From: an uncultured bacterium
GTDB taxonomy: Bacteria > Omnitrophota > Omnitrophia > Omnitrophales > Aquincolibacteriaceae
Reading direction: 5' to 3'
DNA length: 64,000 nucleotides
NCBI GenBank assembly: GCA_964482725.1
Contig: CAYZYT010000001.1
Span: forward strand, 186,061-250,060
The position numbers and the translations under genes are program-made. Each line of letters begins with the position of its first letter. Position 1 is the stretch's first letter. Under the pieces are notes generated by a model. The model was given only the letters and a program-made list of their open reading frames with translations, was not told where the DNA came from and did no database searches. This document shows positions 6,716 to 17,134 of this stretch, in pieces.

Positions 6716-9577
6716 TTAGAAACTGGCGAGTTGGCTGTGGTAGGATACGAGAAGTTTTTTGGCATCGGCAAGTTTCTCTTTCTCTTTTTCCAGGATCTCT
6801 TTCGGAGCTCTTTCGGCGAACGACGGGTTCTCAACTTTTTTACGGATAGTCTCGATCCACTGCTCTGTTTCCAGGATCTTTTTCTGGAGACGTTTTCTCT
6901 CCTCTTCCGGGTCCAGAACTCCCTCGAGCAGGATAAAGGCATCAAAGGCTGCAAAGGAGTTGGCCGCCACGGCGCCCTTTTTCTCGAATTCACGCACACA
7001 AGAAAGTTCCGCGAGCCGTCCCAGCACTTTTACCTCACGCTCGAAAGCGCGCAGGGTCTCCAACGTTCCCTGCTCCTTGCAAACAACGACCGCTTTGAGT
7101 TTATCGGTCGGAGAGATCTTGTAGCGGACCCGGAGATCCCGGAGACCGATCACCGCTTCCTGCAAGAGCCCGATGGCTTTCTGAGCTTCCCCATCGTGGA
7201 ATTTCATTTCCTCTTCGTGCGGCCACGGCGCGAGCATGATGGATTCGGGCCATGGACCCGATCCAACCTGGCAGGTCGAATTAATCCGACCTGCCAGGTT
7301 GGATGGGTGGGCTTTTTGCTTAAAGGTCTGCCAGATCTCTTCGGTGATGAACGGCATAAAAGGATGCAGAAGCCTCAGCATCCGCTCACAGACAAAGAAT
7401 AGGACCTTCTGCGTCTGCAATTTGAGAGCGGCATCCTCCGACAGGACCATGGGTTTCGCGAGCTCGATATACCAATCGCAGAAATCATCCCAGACAAAGT
7501 GATAAAGCTCGGTCGCCGCCTGGGCAAGGCCGAATTGGGAAAGATGCTTTTCGATCATCGCGGCTTTTGCCTCAAGCTGTGACAGGATCCAGCGGCTCGG
7601 AAGCGACAACTTGATGTTTTTGAATTGCGCCGGATCCGTGGAGGCTTCCTGAAACCCTTCGAGCTGCATCAGGACGAACCGGCAGGCGTTCCAGACCTTG
7701 GTGGCAAAATTGCGCCCCATCTCGAACTTCTCCCGGGAAAGATAAACATCCTGCGCGGAAAGCATCACGAGGCTGTAGCGGAGGGCGTCGGCCCCCATCT
7801 CCTCGATCACTTCAAGCGGATCGATGGAATTCCCGAGCGACTTCGACATCTTCAGCCCGCTCGCCGCGCGCACCGTGCCATGGATATTAATTTGGGTAAA
7901 CGGGACCTCCCCCATGAATTCGAGCCCGGCCATGATCATGCGCGCCACCCAGAAAAAGATGATCTCTGGAGCGGTGACAAGCGCCGAGGTCGGATAGAAT
8001 TTCTTCAGATCCTCGGTTTTCGCGGGCCAACCCAGCGTCGAGAACGGCCAGAGCCAGGACGAGAACCAGGTGTCGAGAACGTCCTCGTCGCGTTTGATGT
8101 CCTTTGAACCGCAGTGGGGACATTGAGTGATATCTTCACGAGACACAATCGCTCCGTCAGACTGGAGACTAGAGACTGGAGACTGGCGCTTCTGGTCTGT
8201 GGTCTTTCCAGTTTGCGACTGCGCGCATTTTGCGCAGTACCAAACTGGAAGCCGATGCCCCCACCAGATCTGGCGCGAGATGCACCAATCGCGGATCCCG
8301 TGAAGCCAGTTCAGATAAACCTTGGTCCAGCGGTCCGGAAAGAAAACTGTTTTCCCCTGTTCGTGGGCCTTCAGCGCCTTCTCGGCCAAAGGCTGCATCT
8401 TCACGAACCACTGTTTGGAAAGATACGGCTCCACGACGGTGTCGCAGCGATAGCAATGGCCGACCGCGTGCAGATGCGAGTCGCGCCGGACAAAAAGCCC
8501 CTGCGCTTCCAGGTCCTGAAGGATCTTTTTACGCGCTTCAAACCGGTCCATGCCTTGATACGGTCCGCCGTGCTCGTTGATCTTCGCGTCCGGCGTCATC
8601 ACATTGATCTGCTCGAGATTGTGCCGGTGCCCCATCGCAAAGTCATTGGGATCATGCGCCGGCGTCACTTTCACAATGCCGGTCCCGAATTCGGGGTCCA
8701 CAAAATCATCCGCGATCACCGGGATCTCGCGGTTCACAAGCGGCAGCAGGACTTTCTTCCCGATCAGGTGTTTGTAGCGGGGGTCGGTCGGATGCACTGC
8801 GACCGCGGTATCGCCCAACATGGTTTCGGGACGGGTCGTCGCGACCACAACGTGGTCGATGCCGAGTTTGTCGAGTACAGGGACAGGTCCGCTTTTGCTT
8901 GCAGGACCTGTCCCTGTGACGATCGGATACTTGAGGTGATAAAGCCCACCTTGCATGTCCTTGTGGGCGGCCTCTTCATCGGAAAGCGCTGTCTGGCAAC
9001 GAGGACACCAATTGATGATGTAGTTCCCGCGATAGATCAGTCCACGCTCGTAAAGCGTGACGAACGCCTCGCGCACCGCTTTGGAAAGGCCTTCATCCAT
9101 GGTGAACCGCTCACGGGTCCAGTCGCAGGAAGCGCCGAGCCGGCGGAGCTGGCGCGTGATGGTCGAGCCGTGCTCGTGCTTCCATTTCCAGACTTCTTCG
9201 AGGAATTTTTCGCGGCCGACATCCCAGCGAGTCTTTTTTTCTTTGGCGAGCTTCTTCTCAACCACATTCTGCGTCGCGATCCCCGCGTGATCGACCCCCG
9301 GCACCCAGAGCGTGTCCCGGCCCTTCATGCGGTTCCACCGGATGAGAATATCCTGGATGGAACTGTTGAGCGCGTGGCCCATATGCAGGATGCCTGTGAC
9401 ATTGGGCGGAGGGATGACGATAACATAAGACTTGGGACTTGAGACTTGAGACTTGAGCTTCGGATCTCTGGGCTCTGGGCTCTGGTCACTCGTCGGTTTG
9501 AAGTAGCCCTTCGCTTCCCAGAGGGTGTACCACTTCGTCTCGACTTCTTTGGAGTTGTATTGTTTGTCCAATTCCAT
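6716..9577 (-). CDS. valS: Valyl-tRNA synthetase carrying four in-frame repeat insertions
   Basis: PPPNVTGILHMGH, ATTRPET, DWCISRQIWWGH, KMSKS and C-terminal coiled coil. Confidence 0.98.
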   Translation of the reverse strand: MELDKQYNSKEVETKWYTLWEAKGYFKPTSDQSPEPRDPKLKSQVSSPKSYVIVIPPPNVTGILHMGHALNSSIQDILIRWNRMKGRDTLWVPGVDHAGIATQNVVEKKLAKEKKTRWDVGREKFLEEVWKWKHEHGSTITRQLRRLGASCDWTRERFTMDEGLSKAVREAFVTLYERGLIYRGNYIINWCPRCQTALSDEEAAHKDMQGGLYHLKYPIVTGTGPASKSGPVPVLDKLGIDHVVVATTRPETMLGDTAVAVHPTDPRYKHLIGKKVLLPLVNREIPVIADDFVDPEFGTGIVKVTPAHDPNDFAMGHRHNLEQINVMTPDAKINEHGGPYQGMDRFEARKKILQDLEAQGLFVRRDSHLHAVGHCYRCDTVVEPYLSKQWFVKMQPLAEKALKAHEQGKTVFFPDRWTKVYLNWLHGIRDWCISRQIWWGHRLPVWYCAKCAQSQTGKTTDQKRQSPVSSLQSDGAIVSREDITQCPHCGSKDIKRDEDVLDTWFSSWLWPFSTLGWPAKTEDLKKFYPTSALVTAPEIIFFWVARMIMAGLEFMGEVPFTQINIHGTVRAASGLKMSKSLGNSIDPLEVIEEMGADALRYSLVMLSAQDVYLSREKFEMGRNFATKVWNACRFVLMQLEGFQEASTDPAQFKNIKLSLPSRWILSQLEAKAAMIEKHLSQFGLAQAATELYHFVWDDFCDWYIELAKPMVLSEDAALKLQTQKVLFFVCERMLRLLHPFMPFITEEIWQTFKQKAHPSNLAGRINSTCQVGSGPWPESIMLAPWPHEEEMKFHDGEAQKAIGLLQEAVIGLRDLRVRYKISPTDKLKAVVVCKEQGTLETLRAFEREVKVLGRLAELSCVREFEKKGAVAANSFAAFDAFILLEGVLDPEEERKRLQKKILETEQWIETIRKKVENPSFAERAPKEILEKEKEKLADAKKLLVSYHSQLASF
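7261..7304. repeat. Perfect 18-bp-arm palindrome inside valS
   Basis: atccaacctggcaggtcg-aattaatc-cgacctgccaggttggat. Confidence 0.9.
8159..8214. repeat. Heptamer array (AGACTRG x4 plus partial inverse) inside valS
   Basis: agactgg agactag agactgg agactgg ... tggtctg tggtctt tccagtttg. Confidence 0.8.
8877..8917. repeat. GGGACAGGTCC palindrome inside valS
   Basis: acagggacaggtcc-gcttttgcttgca-ggacctgtccctgt; arms match the gatB copies. Confidence 0.9.
9428..9489. repeat. Two heptamer arrays inside the valS N-terminus
   Basis: (RGACTTG) x4, then ggatctc tgggctc tgggctc tggtcac. Confidence 0.8.
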
Positions 9578-9583
9578 AAATAC

Positions 9584-9658
9584 CGGAAGGAGGAGGGAGG
9601 ATGGCGGAGGGCGTCAAACCAGGCTTGTCGCCATCCTCCCTCCGCCTTCCGCCATCCT
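9584..9658. repeat. Heptamer inverted-arm element at the cimA-valS junction
   Basis: cggaagg aggaggg aggatgg cggaggg ... ccatcct ccctccg ccttccg ccatcct. Confidence 0.85.
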
Positions 9659-11216
9659 ATCCTTTGTGTAATTTATATTCGATCGCTTCGACGAGGGCTT
9701 TCCAGCTGGCTTCGATGATGTTTTCGTGGACACCGACCGTGGTCCAGGTTTTTTGTTTATCCTGGAATTCGATAAAGACGCGTACCTTCGCCGCCGTTCC
9801 GGCCTCGGAATTGACGACGCGCACTTTATAATCCGTCAGGTGGATCTCATCGATCACGGGATACGTTTTGGCGAGCGCTTTCCGCAGCGCGGAATCGAGC
9901 GCGTTGACCGGCCCGTCCCCGTCCGCCGATTCAAAATGTTCGACGCCCTGAGCCGTGACTTGCACGTCTGCGATCGAGCGTGGGCTTCCGGCGCCGATCT
10001 CTTCGGTGCGCACGGAAACCGCGCCGGGTTGGAAGAACGGCTTGTATTTACCGAGGACCCGCTGCACGAGAAGCTCAAAACTCGCTTCCGCAGCTTCAAA
10101 TTGATACCCTTCGTATTCCAGGCGCTGGATCTCGGCGAGGATCTTCTTGGCCTCAGAAGAATCTTTCTGGAATTTCATTTCAAGTTCCTCGGCCTTGATC
10201 ATGATATTGGTCTTCCCCCCGAGCTCGGAGACAAGATACCGGCGGTAATTCCCGAGAGCTTTGGGCTCCACGTGCTCGTAGGTCTTGGCGTTCTTTACCA
10301 TGGCGTTGATGTGCACGCCGCCTTTGTGCGCGAACGCGGAGCGGCCCGTGAACGGCTGATTATTGACCAGAGGCATATTGCAAACCTCGGCCACATAATG
10401 CGAGAGCTGGGTCAGCTCCTTCATTTTCTTTGCGGGAAAGCACGGAACCTTCATCTTGAACTGGAGGTCCGGGATGATGCTTGCAAGGTTCGTGTTCCCG
10501 CAGCGCTCGCCGTAACCGTTGATCGTTCCCTGCACGAGAACGCATCCTTCGCCCACCGCCTGGATGGAATTGGCGACCGCAAGCTCGGAATCATTATGAC
10601 AGTGGATGCCGAGCGGCGTTTTCACGGAGCGCTTTACCTTCTGGATCGCGTGACGCACTTCATGCGGCAGGCTTCCGCCATTCGTATCACAGAGTGAAAG
10701 ATTGTTGGCGCCCGCTTTCGCGGCCTGCTGAAGCGTTTTCAGCGCGTATTCGGGATTCGCCTTGAACCCGTCAAAAAAATGTTCGGCATCATAGATCACT
10801 TCGATCTTCCGGTCCTTGAGGTACGCGACCGTTTCATAGATCATCAGGAGATTTTCTTTGAGCGTCGTCCGGAACACTTCAGTCACGTGCATGTCCCAGG
10901 ATTTCCCGAACACCGTCACGACCTTGGTGCCGGCTTCGAGCAGCGCTTTGATCTGCGAGTCTTCTTTGACTTTCATGTGGGCGCGGCGCGTGGAGCCGAA
11001 TGCCGCGATCTTGGAGTGTTTGATCCCGGCCTTCTTGACCGCGAGGAAGAATTCCATATCCTTCGGATTCGAACCCGGCCATCCGCCTTCGATGTAATGG
11101 ACACCGAACTGATCGAGCCGCTTCGCGATCAGCACCTTATCGTGGGAGGACAGACTGATCCCCTCAGCTTGTGAGCCATCACGGAGTGTTGTGTCGTAGA
11201 AAAGAATCTTCTTCAT
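9657..11216 (-). CDS. cimA: Citramalate synthase
   Basis: DTTLRDGSQAEG, IEGGWPGSNPKD, YDAEHFFDG, SAFAHKGGVH and a LeuA-type regulatory domain. Confidence 0.93.
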   Translation of the reverse strand: MKKILFYDTTLRDGSQAEGISLSSHDKVLIAKRLDQFGVHYIEGGWPGSNPKDMEFFLAVKKAGIKHSKIAAFGSTRRAHMKVKEDSQIKALLEAGTKVVTVFGKSWDMHVTEVFRTTLKENLLMIYETVAYLKDRKIEVIYDAEHFFDGFKANPEYALKTLQQAAKAGANNLSLCDTNGGSLPHEVRHAIQKVKRSVKTPLGIHCHNDSELAVANSIQAVGEGCVLVQGTINGYGERCGNTNLASIIPDLQFKMKVPCFPAKKMKELTQLSHYVAEVCNMPLVNNQPFTGRSAFAHKGGVHINAMVKNAKTYEHVEPKALGNYRRYLVSELGGKTNIMIKAEELEMKFQKDSSEAKKILAEIQRLEYEGYQFEAAEASFELLVQRVLGKYKPFFQPGAVSVRTEEIGAGSPRSIADVQVTAQGVEHFESADGDGPVNALDSALRKALAKTYPVIDEIHLTDYKVRVVNSEAGTAAKVRVFIEFQDKQKTWTTVGVHENIIEASWKALVEAIEYKLHKG

Positions 11217-11244
11217 GTTTTCCCTATAACAACCCAATCAATTT

Positions 11245-11311
11245 GTGTCAGGGTGTCAAAGTATCAGAGTTTCAAAACTTTGACACTTTGATACTCTGAG
11301 ACTTTGATACT
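11245..11311. repeat. Octamer inverted-arm element at the lysC-cimA junction
   Basis: gtgtcagg gtgtcaaa gtatcaga gtttcaaa / ctttgaca ctttgata ctctgaga ctttgata. Confidence 0.85.
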
Positions 11312-12527
11312 ATCTTTTGCCGAGTCCGAATGCCTGGTGGATGGCGCGGGCGGCAAGCTTGCCTTTGTCGCCGGCGACGACGACCGAGATCTTGATCTCG
11401 GAAGTGGAGATCATATCGATATTGATCTTGTTCTTGGCCAGGGTCGAGAACATCTTGGACGCGATCCCGGAGTGCGAGCGCATGCCGATCCCGACGATCG
11501 AGACTTTCGCGACATTCTCGTCACAGACGACGTCTTTGACGCCGAGCTTCTTGGCGTTTGTCTTCACGACCTTCATAGCTTTCACAAGCTCGTTCTTGAA
11601 AACAGTGAAAGAAATGTCCGTGGAATTCGTGTTGGTCTTGTTCTGGATGATCATATCCACGTTCACGTTCGCGTCCGCCAGGGTCTGGAACACCTTGGCC
11701 GCCACGCCCGGACGGTCCGAAACCCCGAACAGGGTGATCTTGGCTTCATCTTCCGCTAACGCAACACCGCTGACGACGACTTCTTCCATTTTCTTGTTCT
11801 CCTTTGTAATAAGAGTTCCTTTGACTTCCTTATGGGAATTGCAGACCCAAATGGGCATGTTGAACTTTTTTCCGACTTCGATCGAGCGCGAGTGCATGAC
11901 CTTCGCCCCAAGCGACGCGAGCTCCAGGATCTCATCGTAAGTGGCGACATCCATCTTTGTCGCCTCCGGGATCACGCGAGGGTCTGCCGTATAGATGCCG
12001 TCCACGTCCGTATAGATCTCGCAATGTTTTGCCTTGAGCGCCACGGCAAGCGCCACGGCCGTCAGGTCGGAACCGCCGCGGCCGAGCGTTGTGATCTCGC
12101 CGGAGGGCGTCTGGCCCTGGAACCCGGCCACGATCACGATCTTCCCAGCAGCGAGGGCCTTTTTAATGCGATCCGCGCTGATATTCTGAATGCGGGCCTT
12201 GCTGTGAAATTCGTCGGTAATGATCCCCACCTGTGAACCTGTGAAAGAAACCGCCTCATGTCCCAATTTATGGACCGCCATCGCCAAAAGCGCGATCGAG
12301 ACCTGTTCCCCCGTAGAAAGAAGCATATCCATCTCACGTTCTTTGGGGTCCTTATTGATCTGATCGGCAAGCGTGATGAGATCATCGGTCATATCGCCCA
12401 TGGCGGAGACCACCACGACGACCTTGTTCCCGGCCTTTTTGGTTTTGATGACGCGCTGGGCCACTCTTAAGATTTTTTCCGCGTTGGCGACCGAAGAGCC
12501 GCCGTATTTTTGAACGATCAGTGACAT
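11310..12527 (-). CDS. lysC: Aspartate kinase
   Basis: [21 protein letters not shown] and two ACT domains. Confidence 0.97.
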   Translation of the reverse strand: MSLIVQKYGGSSVANAEKILRVAQRVIKTKKAGNKVVVVVSAMGDMTDDLITLADQINKDPKEREMDMLLSTGEQVSIALLAMAVHKLGHEAVSFTGSQVGIITDEFHSKARIQNISADRIKKALAAGKIVIVAGFQGQTPSGEITTLGRGGSDLTAVALAVALKAKHCEIYTDVDGIYTADPRVIPEATKMDVATYDEILELASLGAKVMHSRSIEVGKKFNMPIWVCNSHKEVKGTLITKENKKMEEVVVSGVALAEDEAKITLFGVSDRPGVAAKVFQTLADANVNVDMIIQNKTNTNSTDISFTVFKNELVKAMKVVKTNAKKLGVKDVVCDENVAKVSIVGIGMRSHSGIASKMFSTLAKNKINIDMISTSEIKISVVVAGDKGKLAARAIHQAFGLGKR

Positions 12528-12576
12528 AATTAATTCCCCGTCTTTTAATTAGTTACATTTCAAAAACTTGTTATTT

Positions 12577-13776
12577 TTACTTACTCATAAAGAACGGCAT
12601 CAACTCCGTAGTTTTGCTAAATTTCACTTCCGAAGTCTTGGCCGCGATCTCCGAGAACCGCTCGATCTCATCGGCCACGATGTTCTTGCCGGTCACGGCA
12701 AACGGGACGCTGTCGCGGACGATCTCTTTCATTTTCCAAAGCGTCGCGTGCCCCGGAGTGACCAGCAGGCGCGAATCCTTGGCGCGTTCAAGATATTTCC
12801 GGATCTTCGAAAGCACAAAAAAATCGATCCCCTCGATCGCCGAGATCTTATTTTTTACTTCTCCGGTCCGCGCCGCTTCCTCAGGGGTGTGGAGATGAAG
12901 ACACACAAAATCTTTTTCTTCGAGCGCATCAATCGCCACCTTGGAGATCTTGTCATAAAAAGCCGCGGGCTCTTCGCCCTCCTCCTTGACCTCCATGACC
13001 GTAAGCCCCGCCACACGCCCCAGACCCTTGGCGTATTCGCGCGCGGCAACCATCGCGCCTCCCGAGACGTCAAAACATTCCCGAAAAGATTTTAAGACCG
13101 GCTTCATGCCCTGCCCCCAAAGCCAGACCATATTCGCCGGGTTCTCGCCGAGATCCACTCGCACTTGATTGATCTCATGGTCCTGTAAAAGAAGCCTGGC
13201 ATCGTACATCAGCTTGCGCATCAATTCTTCGCCCGGGCCCTTCGGCAGCACATCTTCGATCTTTTCGCCGATCACGCTCTCCGGCGCCTGCGTCTTCGCG
13301 GACAAGGCCTCAAATCCGTTCGCATCCTTGATCACCGCGATGTGCCGGTGCCCGGAGCCTGAGAAGAATCGGACAAAATCGCTCGCAACCTTTTTGTTCA
13401 AAAAATTGACAAGCGCTTTCGCTTCCTTGGTGGTCAGAGCCCCGGCGGTCGGATCGGCCAAGGTCCCGGCAGCTTCCGTGATAAAATTCATGCAGAACGC
13501 TACTTCCTTGTCATCGAGCGTCAATTCTTTGTCGGCGGCCTCAAGCGGCCCGCGACCCGTGTAAAGTTTCGCCGCGTCATAGCCTAAAAGATTGAACAGG
13601 CTTACATCTGCGCTAGGCGGCAGGCGATCGGACACAAGCTTTGCCGTCCCCACTTTGCCGTTTTTTGCAAAAAAGTTAAGGTTCGGCACCTTGGCCGCTT
13701 CCAGAGGAGTTTTTCCTCCGAGCTCTTCGGTCGGATGGTCCGCTGCGCCTGCAAGCACCACAACAATGGATTTCAT
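12577..13776 (-). CDS. ApgM-like (cofactor-independent phosphoglycerate mutase family) protein with degenerate active site
   Basis: [18 protein letters not shown] and [10 protein letters not shown] motifs present; metal ligands appear altered. Confidence 0.85.
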   Translation of the reverse strand: MKSIVVVLAGAADHPTEELGGKTPLEAAKVPNLNFFAKNGKVGTAKLVSDRLPPSADVSLFNLLGYDAAKLYTGRGPLEAADKELTLDDKEVAFCMNFITEAAGTLADPTAGALTTKEAKALVNFLNKKVASDFVRFFSGSGHRHIAVIKDANGFEALSAKTQAPESVIGEKIEDVLPKGPGEELMRKLMYDARLLLQDHEINQVRVDLGENPANMVWLWGQGMKPVLKSFRECFDVSGGAMVAAREYAKGLGRVAGLTVMEVKEEGEEPAAFYDKISKVAIDALEEKDFVCLHLHTPEEAARTGEVKNKISAIEGIDFFVLSKIRKYLERAKDSRLLVTPGHATLWKMKEIVRDSVPFAVTGKNIVADEIERFSEIAAKTSEVKFSKTTELMPFFMSK

Positions 13777-14843
13777 CGGATGACCTCCTTGACGGCATCA
13801 AGCGTGGACGAGACCTTCGTGACCGGATCTTCAAAACTGAGCGCGAAATCAGGGTCCTTCAACCCCGCCCCCGTAAGCGTGATCACGATGCGGGAGCCTT
13901 CTTTGAAAAATCCTTTTTTAGCAAGGTTGATAACCCCTGCCACCGGCGCAACGCTGGCCGGCTCCGCGAAAACGCCTTCGCGCTCCGCAATAAAACGGTA
14001 CGCCTTCGTGATCTCTTCATCCGTTACCATGTCGATCAAACCGCCCGATTCGTCACGAGCAGCCACCGCACCCTGCCAACTCGCGGGATTCCCGATACGG
14101 ATCGCGGTGGCAAGGGTCTCCGGCTTTTCCACCGGATGCCCCAGCACGATCGGCGCCGAACCCGCGGCCTGAAAACCGAGCATTTTGGGCAGCACCTCGG
14201 ACTTCCCTGCTTTTTTATATTCCTTGTAGCCTCTCCAATAAGCCGTGATATTACCGGCATTCCCGACCGGGATCGCGTGATATTCCGGAGCATCGCCAAG
14301 GTCGTCGACGATCTCGAACGCTGCCGTCTTCTGGCCTTCGATGCGATACGGATTGATAGAATTCACCAACGTGATCCTGCCATCCGCGGTCAGTTCCTTG
14401 ACCAACTCCAGCGCCTTATCGAAATTCCCCTCGATCATGATCACCTTCGCGCCGTAGCGATACGCCTGCAAAAGTTTTCCCTTCGCGATCTTCCCTTCCG
14501 GGATCAGCACAAAACACTTCAGGCCGCACCGGCACGCGTACGCCGCGGCCGAGGCGGACGTATTCCCGGTCGAGGCGCACATCACGGCCTTCGATCCGGC
14601 TTCGACGGCCTTGGAGATCGCCATCGTCATCCCGCGATCCTTGAACGACCCCGTCGGATTCAGGCCTTCGAACTTGTAATAGATCCGGATGTTCTTCAGC
14701 CCCAGTTCTACGGGAAGAGCTTCCGCAAGAATGAGCGGCGTATTGCCTTCATTGAGCGAAATGATCGGAGTCTTGTCCGTGACCGGGAGATATTCCTGGT
14801 AACGCTCGATGATCCCGATCTTCTTAACTGCGTATTTTCCCAT
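13773..14843 (-). CDS. thrC: Threonine synthase
   Basis: [25 protein letters not shown] and PVGNAGN motifs. Confidence 0.97.
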   Translation of the reverse strand: MGKYAVKKIGIIERYQEYLPVTDKTPIISLNEGNTPLILAEALPVELGLKNIRIYYKFEGLNPTGSFKDRGMTMAISKAVEAGSKAVMCASTGNTSASAAAYACRCGLKCFVLIPEGKIAKGKLLQAYRYGAKVIMIEGNFDKALELVKELTADGRITLVNSINPYRIEGQKTAAFEIVDDLGDAPEYHAIPVGNAGNITAYWRGYKEYKKAGKSEVLPKMLGFQAAGSAPIVLGHPVEKPETLATAIRIGNPASWQGAVAARDESGGLIDMVTDEEITKAYRFIAEREGVFAEPASVAPVAGVINLAKKGFFKEGSRIVITLTGAGLKDPDFALSFEDPVTKVSSTLDAVKEVIR

Positions 14844-14880
14844 AAAAACCGACTTTCTATTTTTTCGTTAAAATTTTATG

Positions 14881-14942
14881 GTCATCCCCGAATGTCTGAG
14901 TCGGAGGTCCCCTCTATGGATTCCCGCTTTCGTGGGAAGGAC
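14881..14942. repeat. GTCAT REP-like element, copy 2 (degenerate)
   Basis: gtcatccccga...tggattcccgctttcgtgggaaggac. Confidence 0.7.
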
Positions 14943-14953
14943 AGAATGCGCGC

Positions 14954-16249
14954 TTACGCTTCTTCGATCCGGATGACCTGGGTCTTCCCCTTGATGCAGG
15001 ACATACGGTCGATCTCGCGGACCGCGGCCCTCAGATTTTTTTCATGCGTGTCGTGCGTCAAAAGGATGAGCGGCACCGCGCGCCCGGCGCTGCGCTCGCG
15101 CTGCATGACATCCGAGATGCTGATCTTGTATTTCCCGAGGACCTTCGAAATATTCGCAAGGACACTGGGCTCGTCGATCACATAAAACCGCAAGTAATAG
15201 CGCGACAGGATCGAAAAAATGCTCTTCACCGCGATCGTTTTCCCGAGCGCCCGCACGATGAACCGGTCTTCCACGGGCCCGGCCGCGTTCGCTTTCGCGA
15301 TATCCACCAGATCCGCGATGACAGCACTTGCCGTCGGATGCGCCCCTGCCCCTCGCCCATAAAAGAGCACATCGCCCACTTCGTCGCCGCGCATCAGGAT
15401 CGCGTTGAACGATCCGCTGACGTTCGCGAGAATATGGGAGTTCGGCAAAAGCGTCGGCTGAACGCGTGCCTCCATGCCCGCGCCCGATCGCTTGGCGATC
15501 GCGAGCAATTTGATCGTGTACCCGAATTCCTTGGCGAAAGCGATATCATCGCTTGAGATCTCGGTGATGCCTTCGCAGTAAATGTCTTTGAACCGGACTT
15601 TGCCGCCAAATGCGAAACGTGCGAGGATCGCGAGCTTATGCGCGGCATCGTGGCCGCTCACATCGAGAAAGGGGTTCGCCTCCGCAAAACCCAATTTTTG
15701 GGCACCCCCCAGGGCTTCCGCGAAGCTCATGCCCTTGGCGGTCATCTGGGTCAGAATATAATTCGTGGTCCCGTTGATAATGGCATGCACCGAATCGATG
15801 CGGTTCGCCGCAAGACCTTCCCGGAGCGCCTTGATGCACGGGATGCCGCCGCCCACGCTCGCTTCAAAACAAAGCCAGCGCTTCATCCGGTGCGCGAGTT
15901 CGAAGATCTCATCACCGTACTCGGCCAAGAGAGCTTTATTCGCCGTCACAACGTGCTTGCCGTTCTTAAGGGCTTCCTTGATCAATTGCCGCGCGATCGT
16001 CGTGCCGCCGATCAGTTCGACCACCACATCAATGGACGGATCCCGCACCACGGCGAAAGCGTCCTTCGTCATGATGCTTTTGGGAGGATGGACCTTTTTA
16101 TTCCGCTCGGGATATTTCTCCGCGATCCGCGCGATCTCGAAAGACACCCCCAGCTGGCGGGCAAAAAGAGCCTTCTTCGCCGTAAGGATCTCATAGAGTC
16201 CCGTGCCGATCTGTCCCAACCCGAGAAGTCCAATTCTGATCTTTTTCAT
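14954..16249 (-). CDS. hom: Homoserine dehydrogenase with ACT domain
   Basis: GLLGLGQIG, VVTANKA, EASVGGGIP and NGTTNYIL motifs; GGAG RBS. Confidence 0.97.
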   Translation of the reverse strand: MKKIRIGLLGLGQIGTGLYEILTAKKALFARQLGVSFEIARIAEKYPERNKKVHPPKSIMTKDAFAVVRDPSIDVVVELIGGTTIARQLIKEALKNGKHVVTANKALLAEYGDEIFELAHRMKRWLCFEASVGGGIPCIKALREGLAANRIDSVHAIINGTTNYILTQMTAKGMSFAEALGGAQKLGFAEANPFLDVSGHDAAHKLAILARFAFGGKVRFKDIYCEGITEISSDDIAFAKEFGYTIKLLAIAKRSGAGMEARVQPTLLPNSHILANVSGSFNAILMRGDEVGDVLFYGRGAGAHPTASAVIADLVDIAKANAAGPVEDRFIVRALGKTIAVKSIFSILSRYYLRFYVIDEPSVLANISKVLGKYKISISDVMQRERSAGRAVPLILLTHDTHEKNLRAAVREIDRMSCIKGKTQVIRIEEA

Positions 16250-16435
16250 ATGGCTCCTGCGCAAACGTCCTAAGTTCCGTAGTGATAAAACCTTAACAAA
16301 GACCGGATCGCCCTGATCTTCCATTTTTTGAAATAATAAGGTACTCGGGACCACCCAGACTTCCCTGTTAATTTCCCCAACAAAAGTCGGCGTAGTATAT
16401 CGTGCCCTTGATTAAAAATCAAACAGCCCTTGCGC

Positions 16436-16512
16436 CGGATATCGGATAACGGATGGAGGATGGCGTAAAACTAAAGACCCGGCTCCATCCACCCTCCTCC
16501 ATCCGTCACCCC
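16436..16512. repeat. Heptamer inverted-arm element in the divergent intergenic region
   Basis: cggatat cggataa cggatgg aggatgg ... ccatcca ccctcct ccatccg tcacccc. Confidence 0.8.
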
Positions 16513-16602
16513 TTTGAAATTCTCGCTTTCTTTACTTTAAAACCTGTTTATGTATACTATCTTCGCTTGCACTCCTCAATGAGCTAAATAAGGGGCCTAC
16601 AA

Positions 16603-17031
16603 ATGGAAAAGAAAATTCTCGTTGTTCTTGTTCTCGTAATGGCTGTTTCTAGTGTTGGCATGGCGCGAAAATCGGACCAATACGATCAGGATGCGCGTGC
16701 TCAGGAAAAGGTCCAGAATGCCATGGATAAAGACGCCCAATCTCAAGAGAAAAGCCATCCGGCAAAGAATTTCGCCAAGGGCATCAAAGAAGTCACGTAT
16801 GATAATGTCCGGGATACTTTAAGTGACACGGGCGGATCCACGATGCATGAGAAACCGGTGGTCGGAACTTTGGACGGAACACAGCAGGCCGGAGAAAAAG
16901 TCGTCGATAACACCATCAAGGGCATCAAAAAGGTCGCGTCCCTCGGTTACGCAAAGAATGACAACTACGAGGTCCAGGAAGCCGAAAAAGGCTCCGGCGA
17001 CCCCGCCAAGATCAAACTCTTCCAGTTTTAG
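16603..17031 (+). CDS. Exported hypothetical protein
   Basis: Signal peptide MEKKILVVLVLVMAVSSVGMA; purine-rich RBS; followed by a terminator. Confidence 0.8.
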   Translation: MEKKILVVLVLVMAVSSVGMARKSDQYDQDARAQEKVQNAMDKDAQSQEKSHPAKNFAKGIKEVTYDNVRDTLSDTGGSTMHEKPVVGTLDGTQQAGEKVVDNTIKGIKKVASLGYAKNDNYEVQEAEKGSGDPAKIKLFQF

Positions 17032-17071
17032 TCACACGATAGACTCCAGACTTCAGACCGAAGACTAAAAT

Positions 17072-17104
17072 AAAAAGGCCAGGCTTAAAAAACCTGGCTT
17101 TTTT
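17072..17104. terminator. Bidirectional terminator
   Basis: aaaaaggccagg-cttaaaaaa-cctggctttttt between convergent genes. Confidence 0.8.
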
Positions 17105-17134
17105 ATTGTCCGGTTCTGATGACTGCAAGTCCGT

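Noticed and set aside
6694-6999. N-terminal extension of NadC overlapping valS
   Set aside because: It is an alternative-frame read-through of the valS 3' end. NadC similarity starts only near 6690.
3826-9442. Long antisense ORFs (e.g. 3826..5184, 8114..9442, and similar ones across the window)
   Set aside because: They are shadows of well-identified genes on the opposite strand and show no motifs.
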